DNA of 63,598 nt, filler included. It is 8 parts of 8 records of this genome, joined end to end, with 100 filler letters (N's around TTAATTAATTAA, not from the genome) between each part and the next. Parts side by side here need not be neighbours in the genome. Positions count along the whole stretch, not along the records: positions 55,166 to 60,111 come from SRR7504441_2193; positions 60,212 to 63,598 come from SRR7504441_2229; 6 more parts are not named here. One strand, 5' to 3'. A program made the position numbers and the translations under genes. Shown piece after piece: positions 55,375 through 63,598 of this stretch; positions within the stretch are counted from its first letter, which is position 1, and every line of letters begins with the position of its first letter. Below the pieces are notes generated by a model. It saw nothing but the letters and a program-made list of their open reading frames with translations, had not been told where the DNA came from and ran no database searches.

Positions 55375-58300
55375 ATGGAGGCCGCGGCCGACAGCCCAGC
55401 GCCAGGTGGGGCGTCCGAGTTCTGGCTGGGGCTGGTGCAGCGGACCATCTCACAGCTGGTCGTCCCGAAGCACTCGATCAGCATCCGGCCGAACCCGCTT
55501 CTCTTCGGCCGCCTGCCGCCGAGCGCCGGGCCGATCACCCGCGAAATGACTCTGTTCAACGGCGGCAGCGTTCCGGCGGCTGTGCCGGTGCTGCTGCAGC
55601 TGCCCAGCGAGCCGAGTTTTCGGGTGGTCGACCCCGCGGGCATCTGGGGCGGTGGGGCCGTGGAGCTTCCTCCAGGCGAAGAGCTCACTGTCCAGGTCGA
55701 GTGGAGCCCTCCGGCCGGCCCTGGGGTGCTGTCGCAGTACGTGGTGCTCGGTTGCCAGACTGAGGAGTGGGACCCCACCACACTCAGCCTCCGATCCAAC
55801 AGATTCGTTGTTGGATGCCAGCTGCGCGCTGTCGCGGCCGAGGCTGATCACGCCTCGGTGTCTGGCCTGTCACCTGAGGCGAGGCCGTTCGTACCGGGCT
55901 GGAAGCGGGCCATGTGGTGCGCTCCAACGGAAAGAGTCTTCCGTCCGAGCTGGCCGACGCTTCCTCTGTACGACTGCTGGCCACGGGATGAGCACCATCA
56001 GCTGCCTGCGGAGGAGCCTCTTGATGAACTCAAGCGGGTGTACCTATCTTACGTCGCCCAGGCGGCGGCAGCAGAGCTCGGGCCGGGCCGGGCGGTGCTG
56101 CCGCACCAGTGTGCCGCCTGGATCTCGGCGATAGATCAGGCGCGCTGTGGTAGACAGCTGGTGGGCTGACTGGACTCGTTCAGGCTCACGGAGAAGACAG
56201 GATCTCGGCGGCCGAGGGGCGGGTGCAGGCCGACATGGTGCGCCTGGGGACGGCGCCGGCGTACGAGCAGCACGCGGGTGTGGGCCCGCCGGCGGCGCTA
56301 ACGGCACCGGTGACCCCTCCCCTATAGTATTATTGGGCCTTATAGGGCCCGATTCACGAAAACCCGCCCACCAGCACTGTTTTTCACGTCTCCGACCCAC
56401 CGGGGGGGGGGCGGTGGGCGGCATTTTGCCGCCGGATTGGGCTGAGACTCGGTGTACAGCTCTGTAGTAAGTTACTGTAACTTGGAGTCAAAGCTTGCTA
56501 GCATCTGATCAGCGCTGCTGCCGCCCGACCCATTTCGGCCGTTATAGGCGGTTATAGGCGGTTATAGGCCGGTGGAGGCCGTTATAGGCCGGTGGCTTCC
56601 GTTAGCCCTTGCTGCTGAGCCCTGACCCGTAGGTAACGCCGGCGGCGGATTGCAGTTGGGTGAGAGTGGGCTCAGCGATGCAGCGGCTGCAGCCGCCAGA
56701 CACGACGGTGCTACTAAACTACAGCATAGTATAGCATAGTATAGTATATGACATGCTGCTCGCTCCGAGTCCGACCGTCCAGCCGACAGGTCGAGCAGTG
56801 CCGCGAGGACTGGGACGAGGACAGCAGGCTGCTTACCCCGTCGTCCCGGCTGCCGCCCGCGGTGCCAGTCCTGGTGAGGAATTCGACTCGGCTGTTTGCG
56901 GAGGAGCTTGCAATGCACGTCGACTTGCTCCGGTCAGTCGGCCGGGTGCTGTGGGCGAGCTCAGGGCAGGTGCTCGCTCTGGGTGGAGGAGAGCATGATG
57001 CATCGTGACCTGAACACGCTCGACATACAGTCCTCGTGCCTTAGGTATAGTATGGACCTATAGTATAGTTTAGTATGGTATACAGTACAGTATAGTTTAG
57101 TATAGTATGGGCCTGAACACGCTCGACATACAGTCCTCGTGTCTCAGGCCACCCCAACGCAAGACCGCCAAGCAGGCCCGGGACGTGGCTGCAATACATT
57201 TGCCCGGACTACCAGAAGGCAGGCCACCTCTGCGGTTTGGGGACGTGGTGCGGCTGCGCTGGCTCAAGCGGCCGTATGGAGCCGAGTGGCATGGGATCAT
57301 GCTTGGCAAGCAGAACGCCAGCACAGCGCTGTTTCGGCTCAACCCTGAAGTGTTCGCTGGGCCGTTTGCTGACGCGAGTGGCAATAAGTTTGACCCGCCA
57401 GCAGCTTTCGAGTGCCCGATCACGCATCAGTTGCTGGAGGATCCTGTCGTGTGTGAAGACGGACAGAGCTATGAACGCACGGCGATTGAGCGGTGGCTCA
57501 CGCACAGGTGAGTGTATAGCGTTGGTATAGCGATTAAGCGGTGGATACAGCTGCAAGTCGCCTCTGACTAACGCGCCAATGGGCTGCACTCTCATCCCGA
57601 ACCATCAGTTGCGCAGCCAGGTCACTATACTATGCTATACGAGATTATACTATGCTATGCTCGTTTGAATACTATATATGCTAGATTGTGCTAGACCATA
57701 CCGGGTGCAGGTGATGGAGTGGCAGTCGGCTCACCCGCTCGCCAGCTGCCAGAGAAAGCCCAAGTTTGCGATCAGGTTTCAACTAAACAGGTGCGCCCAT
57801 TCACGCAGCTGCAGACCAACCCCAACACAGGCAGCCGCTGGAGGCCATGCACTGGGCTCTAGACCTGGTGGCCACGTCGGCAGATTCCAGCGCAAGGCTG
57901 TTTCCTGACCCGTCCGACCTGCCCTGCGCTCCTCAGCCCAATGGTGCGACAGTAATATAGTAAGCATGATATTCCGTGGCCGACTTGGGCTAAAAGGGCT
58001 CTGGCAGACTATAGTAAAGTATAGTACACGTATAGTAATATAATAGAGTAGTACACGTATGGCTGACTTGGGCTGGAAGGGCTCTGGCAGAACCGGAACG
58101 GGGCGTGGGCCGTGCTGACACCCACCCGGATCGCACTGCTCAACGCCGACTTTACAGGCGAGCATAGCACTACTAGCACTACTAGCACTAGCATAGTCTC
58201 GTATGCTAGACTGCTGAACGCCGCTTTCACAGAGGCCAAGTCGGTGGAGCGCCAGGAGCCGGAGCAGGACACCTCCGCGCTGCTTGTGCGGCTCTTCCGG

Positions 58301-60034
58301 CGAACCAAGCTGCTGGGCGTAGACGGGAGTGCAGAGAGGTGCGGCGAGCTGCCGTGGGCATACCGAGCCCATGCGAGCGTGGCGCGCGCGGTGCAGGCAA
58401 GGCTGGAGGTCGAGCCACAGCAAGGCCGGGCCGTGCTGGGTAGCAGGCTTGTGGAGCAAGCGGTGGACGGCGCGCCTGATCGTGGCAGCTGGATTTCAGC
58501 CAGGCAGAATAGCGAGCAGCAGCGCGCAGTGCATGCGATCACCAGGCGCGCTATGGGGCCGGTTCCGTTCCTGCTGTTTGGCCCACCCGGGACCGGAAAG
58601 ACTAAAACAGCGGTCGAGGCAATCCTCTCCGCGCTGGAGTTTTACGACACGGGCGGGATTGCAGCCTGGGCGCCTGGAGGTAGCATTGAGGGCAAGTCGG
58701 TGCAGATCCTGGCGTGTGCGCCGTCCAATTCGGCAGCGGATGTGTTGGCGAGCAGGCTGGCCGAGCTACTGAGAGAGTATTGCGAGGCCCATCCTGACAG
58801 CCAATTGGGCAAGTCTTGGGAGCAGAATCGGGTGCTGCTCCGACTTAACTCTTTCCAGAGGAGTCCGGACGAGGTGCCCCAGCAGTTGCATCAGTTCTGC
58901 CCGATCGACAATGCCCAGGGCATGTATGACATGCCTCGCAACCTGGCCGAGTACCGCGTGGTTGTCACGACCTGCATCACCAGCCAAGTGCTCGCTCAAC
59001 AGTCAAGATACGGCCAAACGCGCGAGTTTATCCCAGACTTTGTGTTTATTGATGAGGCTTCGCAGGCCATGGAGCCCGAGTCGCTAGTGCCGATCGTGGT
59101 CGCCGGGGAGGCGGCGTCGGTGGTGTTACTGGGAGATCCCAAGCAAATCGGACCCACCTGCAGGGCTTATTACTCGCGCAGTCTTGGCCTTCAAGTCTCG
59201 CTGCAAGAGCGGTTAATGCAGCGTAAAGTGTATACGAATCATGGCGATTCGTGCTTTACAAAGTTGGTCCGGAACTACAGGTCGCATCCAGCTCTACTGG
59301 CACTGCCTTCACAGGTGTTTTACGATAATCAGCTGCAGGCCGAGGCCGGCACCGCAGAGGCCGAGTCACTGCTTAAGTGGTCTGAGCTGCGAAACTCCGA
59401 GTGCCCTATGCTGTTTGTGGGTTTAGAAGGGGAAGACAAGCATGACATGGACAGCCCGTCTTTCTACAACCCGATGGAGGCCACCGCCATATGCGAGCTG
59501 ATCAAATCATTACTCGAATGCCGTCAAGTGGACGGACTCACCACTGATGACATTGGGGTGATAGCTGGCTACCGGAAGCAGGTGATGGCCCTCCGGTTGA
59601 TTTTAAGAGCGAGTGGCTTGTCTGGGATCCGGGTGGGCACCGTACAAGACTACCAGGGCCAAGAGGAGAAAGTGATCTTTGTCTCGACAGTAGTGTCCCG
59701 ACGGCACTGGCTCCACCAGTCTAACGCGTGCAGCCTGATGGCGAGCCCTACACGGTTTAACGTGGCCATCACTCGTGCTAAGGCGCTGCTGTGTGTTGTT
59801 GGCAATCCGCATATTCTGGTTGACGATCCTTGGTGGCGGCTGCTACTCGAGCGGTGTGCTGCCAACCAATGCTATGTGGGTCCGGAAGTCACACTGGAGG
59901 ACGGCGCGGGGGGCACGGCAGCACAAATCGGAAAGCTGGCCAAGCTAGCGTTGTTGAGTGGCTTGCCACAAAGTTCATTTGCAGATGAGTCTATGTCGAC
60001 TTCCTCAGATATTGAGTGGCGGGTAATGCTGTGA
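55375..60034 (+). CDS. MOV10/SDE3-like SF1 (UPF1-type) RNA helicase with an inserted U-box domain
   Basis: N-terminal Ig-like region, LWVEESMMHRDL, LPGLPEGRPPLRFGD and FQLNRQPLEAMHWAL. Helicase motifs FGPPGTGKT, ILACAPSNSAAD, FIDEASQAMEPE, LLGDPKQIG, LVRNYRSHP, YQGQEEK and RFNVAITRAKALL..VGNP. About 10 introns in the 5' half. Confidence 0.9.
57009..57147 (+). repeat. 36-nt direct duplication flanking TATAG-type filler (intron 57045-57147)
   Basis: 57009-57044 and 57112-57147 are 34/36 identical. Confidence 0.92.
57407..57722 (+). other. U-box domain coding segment within the helicase
   Basis: Spliced (introns 57508-57550 and 57621-57710): FECPITHQLLEDPVVCEDGQSYERTAIERWLTHSCKSPLTNAPMGCTLIPNHQLRSQVMEW, matching the U-box consensus. 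Confidence 0.9.
57977..58091 (+). repeat. 32-nt direct duplication flanking TATAGTA filler (intron 57952-58090)
   Basis: 57977-58008 and 58060-58091 are 29/32 identical. Confidence 0.9.
58135..58232 (+). repeat. 23-nt direct duplication flanking CTAG/TAGCAC filler (GC-AG intron 58158-58232)
   Basis: 58135-58157 and 58210-58232 are 19/23 identical. Confidence 0.85.
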
Positions 60035-60111
60035 TGGCAAAATAATGGACGCACTAGGGATAGCCTGAACATTAGAGCACTGAGATGAATTCCATTTTAA
60101 TGCGTGAATAA

Positions 60112-60211
60112 NNNNNNNNNNNNNNNNNNNNNNNNNNNNNNNNNNNNNNNNNNNNTTAATTAATTAANNNNNNNNNNNNNNNNNNNNNNNNNNNNNNNNN
60201 NNNNNNNNNNN
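60112..60211. other. Artificial contig spacer
   Basis: N44-TTAATTAATTAA-N44. Confidence 0.98.
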
Positions 60212-60359
60212 CCCTCGACGTTAATAAATGAATACCCCCCCTTCCATGCATTCGGACACGGCTATAGAATCGAGCTCGAGGTGATGGGTCGAAATCGTGC
60301 CCCGGTAACGTCTGGCAGAGGCGGTGCATGGGGCAGTGGTTCAAGCGCACACTGTACTC

Positions 60360-62956
60360 ATGGCAGTGGTGTTGACGTGCCTCTACGGCGGACCTCCCGA
60401 TGCTGCCCATCAGCTGCAGTACGACGACGGAGTGATCTGCGCCGCATGGCACCTCCGATCCCACCCTGCGCCTCCGACCCCGGGGGCAGGGCGCAGACGC
60501 TGGGTGCCGAGTATTCCGCAGAACTGACCGAGCGCACTACCCACCTAGTCCTGCGCGAGCTCAACCAGGTGCATACTGGTCCGATAGCCTGGCGACACCC
60601 ACCGTCTTGGGCAGGAGGTGCGCGAGTGGCTCCAGGCACGGAAGATAAACCGGCAGCTGCTTTTTGTGGGTCCAGACTGGGTGAACGATTCGGCACTCGC
60701 ATTCCGCAACGGGCACGTGGGGTTTGTTGATTCAGCGATGCACGCGTTGGGTCCGCTTCCCGAGGCGCAGCCAGCGACCTGCAGCAAGCAGCCTCGCGTC
60801 GAGAATCCATCCCTCCGGGTGAGCCAGATCGAACCGCCACCAACACCGGGCGACAAGCAGCCCGAGGCCATCTGTCCTCCAGATATGAAGCCTGAAGACG
60901 AGAGGCTAGAAGGGTTTGTCCGGCAGTTGGTTAGTTCGACTGAGCCAGCCAAGCTCTCCAATAAGGTGCTCTGGGCTCCCAGCTAGAGTGAGTAGTGGTG
61001 GGTCCAGATCGTGCGTGAGAGAATTCAGGCTGAGCTTGGTATTCCTGTTGAGTGCAAAAGGACGAAACGCAAGATAGCCGAGATGGTCTATTTGTGCATC
61101 GGATTGCTAATTGAGGCTGCCGCAGGTCGATTCTGCGTTGCTCGAGCTCGCGCCAACACTGACCCCCGCTCCGAGTGCCAGCCGAGGTGGGGCCACTCAG
61201 CAGAACCAGCAGAACAATTCTGGCGAGACAAGGCACGATCTGGCTGCTGGGAACATATTTGGGCATGCTGGGAGCATATTTATTGAGCCGGATCATTTCA
61301 ACCTGGTGTGCTTCTTTGATTCGTAGCGAGCTTGACTAAAGAGTGGGTGTGCAGACTGTGATCCAGGAGATGCAGCGTACTGTCCAGCTGTACGGGGGGC
61401 ACCTTTGCTCTGAAGTAGCGGACTGCACGTACTGCGTAGTGCTTTACAAGGTCGGAGAGCACTTTGAAGAGGCAACCCGTCAGGGGAAATTCGTGGTCAC
61501 TTACTTTTGGCTACACGACTGCATCAACAACAGCCGGGTGAGCTGTGGATCTGAGAGCCTAGAGTTGAAACCTGCAGGTGGTCTCACACATGGATAACCC
61601 ACTGTGCCAACCGGGGCTGGAAGGCGGGATTGATGCAATGCGCGACTTGGTGCCTGAACTGAGGCTGAACTGAGCGGAGATTAGGTGATCAGCTGCACTG
61701 GATTCACAGATAGCACGATTGTGCGACACCTGGACATCGAAGAGCTGGTGCAGGTCACTGGTTGGAGTGGGTTAGGATGAGCAGTTGGCACAGGTGGTCG
61801 GTGCGAAATATGCCGCAGTGCTTGATCGTAAGACTGTTACTCACTTGATTGTGAATCAGTTGAGCCAAGCGCTCCGGGCTGTGCTGAGGTGGTACCAGGC
61901 GTGACAGCATGAAGCACCAGAAAGCAATGAAATGGGGCCGTGATCTTAGCATAGTCACTTATCATTGGCTCAAAGATTGTCACATCCAGTGCAAAAGGCT
62001 GCCGGAAAGCAACTATTACATGTCTGACGTCCCAGGCTCGGTCCCAGACGCCATATCGTCGCAGCACCTCGAGGTCAGCAGCAGCTGGCTGCCTTATCTG
62101 GACCCGGTTCAATAGGAGGACAAACAGACTGGACTGGAGCTGCTCAAACCTCTGGCCACCAAGAAACCCAAGCTGGCAGAGCACTACGTGGCGTTCACAG
62201 GTGGCGCCCAGGTCCTGGCTGCTGCGTCTGATCAGGTCTGGCTGCCCAGGTATTCCCAAGAAGCAGCGCTCTCAGCTGTTAGAGGATGTGAAGAAGCTAG
62301 GCGGCCTGGTGTGTGATTTGGAGCAGAGCTCGCAACTATGCACACTCGTAGTCGTGGGCTCGCTGCGGCGCACAGAAAAGGCAAAGCTCTGCTTTAGTCC
62401 TCGGCTCAGAGAATGGTAGGTGCTGGTGGGCTGTGTGATGGGGGCCTGGTTCGTGCGGTCGCATTATATTCAGGCATCGTTGCAAGCTGGTCGATTTGTT
62501 GATCCAGAGGCCTATGAGGTCTACGGTGATCAGATCGAGATGAAAGGCGACAGTCCGCAGCTCCACCAGAGCGTGATGCGAAACTGGAGAATAAGAGGCC
62601 AGGAGCAGCACAACAAACCGTTCTCAGGCTGGGTAGTGGCTAGCCTGGGCGAGCATAAGATACTTGGCGGCGGCACATTGGCCCGGCTGGTGCTGGCGGG
62701 TGGCGGACAAATCAAGCCAGTGTCTGAGATCAGCCATTTGGTGCTTGAAGGTGTGACAATTATGGTGCTCGGAGAGGCCGAGATGGACAGCGCAGCGGCA
62801 AGTAGGCTGCTCGAGTGCAAGATCCCTTGTGTTCGTGACCGTTTCATCGCTGACTATATTTTCATGGGGCTGCAACTCGACGATGCGTGGAGAGATCAAT
62901 ACTTGCTGACCCAGACCACCAATAAGTCAGCGCATGCAGATCCAGCAAGTGCGTAA
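60360..62956 (+). CDS. Multi-BRCT protein (TopBP1/Rad4-like) with a DEK-C-like segment; start approximate
   Basis: Repeated BRCT signatures: LGAEYSAELTERTTHLV...VGPDWVNDS; YGGHL..VVTYFWLHDC; KHQKAMKW..IVTYHWLKDC; LRRTEK|VLVGCVMGAWFV..YIQASLQAGRFVDPEAYE; FSGWVV..RLVLAGGG. Many ~40-nt introns, including GC-AG 62381-62419. Confidence 0.82.
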
Positions 62957-63598
62957 ATAGGATCGATCGAGCCCTACTATGTAGTAGCAGGGAAAGCATT
63001 GGCGTAAATTGTTGCAATTGACAAAGACTTAAGTCCTAATAGCCGAAGTCACTATGATGCACCAAGCAAGGCCTAGTCACTATATGACGCACCAGGCTAC
63101 GATGCAGCCTAGCCAACCTTAGGCGTAAACCCGATTGAAAAATGCGGTTTTCGTATCTCTATCCTAGGATACCTTTTGGCTCAATAACTTCTGACAGAAT
63201 CGTTAACAGTGAGAAACCGAATTCACTTTATTGGCAAACTAAATGTTAAGGTTCTAAATCATTCGCCTACTGCAGCCACCCGGGCGCTACGTATACCCGG
63301 GCATAATTATAGCAGGATCTATTAAGCAGGAGGTCCCTACGCAATACTCCGGACTTAATTGTCTGTCTTTCACCATTTCGGCCATGGCCATTGCCATCTC
63401 GAACCTCAACAAAATTAATAATTATGGCGGACCGGGCTTTTGCTTCCAAACTGTGATTCGCACCGGTCGGGTTATAGTGCGTGCCAGTGGCGGTGTATTG
63501 GCACCGCTGCCACCAGGCCGTGTACTGTATCGATCAATTCATGATTGTACATGTACGCAATAAATCTACAATAAATCTATATAGCTCGCAAAGTAGCT

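Noticed and set aside
57009-58232. CRISPR-like array (23-36-nt repeats with spacers)
   Set aside because: Each repeat occurs only twice and differs from the other pairs, the spacers are microsatellites, the context is a spliced eukaryotic gene, and no cas genes are present.
62960-63598. Small ORF 63267..63449 and short AGTCACTAT..GCACCA repeats
   Set aside because: AT-richer intergenic sequence with no coding signature; the repeats are too short to interpret.

Overview
This window is not one locus. It is eight eukaryotic contigs joined by seven artificial 100-nt spacers (N44-TTAATTAATTAA-N44), with an Illumina adapter remnant at bases 1-13. The source looks like a gene-dense flagellated protist using the standard genetic code. 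Genes sit in tight head-to-head pairs and carry many short spliceosomal introns, mostly about 36-47 nt, an unusually large share of which use GC donors. I cannot assign the taxon. Recognisable genes: GH3, GH31 and GH43-like glycosidases, a Popeye/cNMP-domain membrane protein, an S28 peptidase with one in-frame TAG, an ARM-repeat protein, the start of beta-tubulin, DCC1, two large deubiquitinases, EF-hand/coiled-coil proteins, a SHIPPO/ODF3 protein, a cNMP+LRR protein, an IlvD/EDD dehydratase, an EEP nuclease, a MOV10/SDE3-like helicase and a TopBP1-like BRCT protein. Two signals stand out. (1) Several introns consist of simple-repeat filler (TATAG-type or telomeric CCCTAA) flanked by 18-36-nt direct duplications containing the AG acceptor. 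In two of them the intron 3' end is a near-exact copy of the preceding coding exon end, suggesting intron creation by a duplication-plus-filler mechanism. (2) A complete U-box E3-ligase domain is inserted inside the beta-barrel region of the MOV10/SDE3-like RNA-silencing helicase. All exon/intron models were made by eye and need RNA-seq confirmation.
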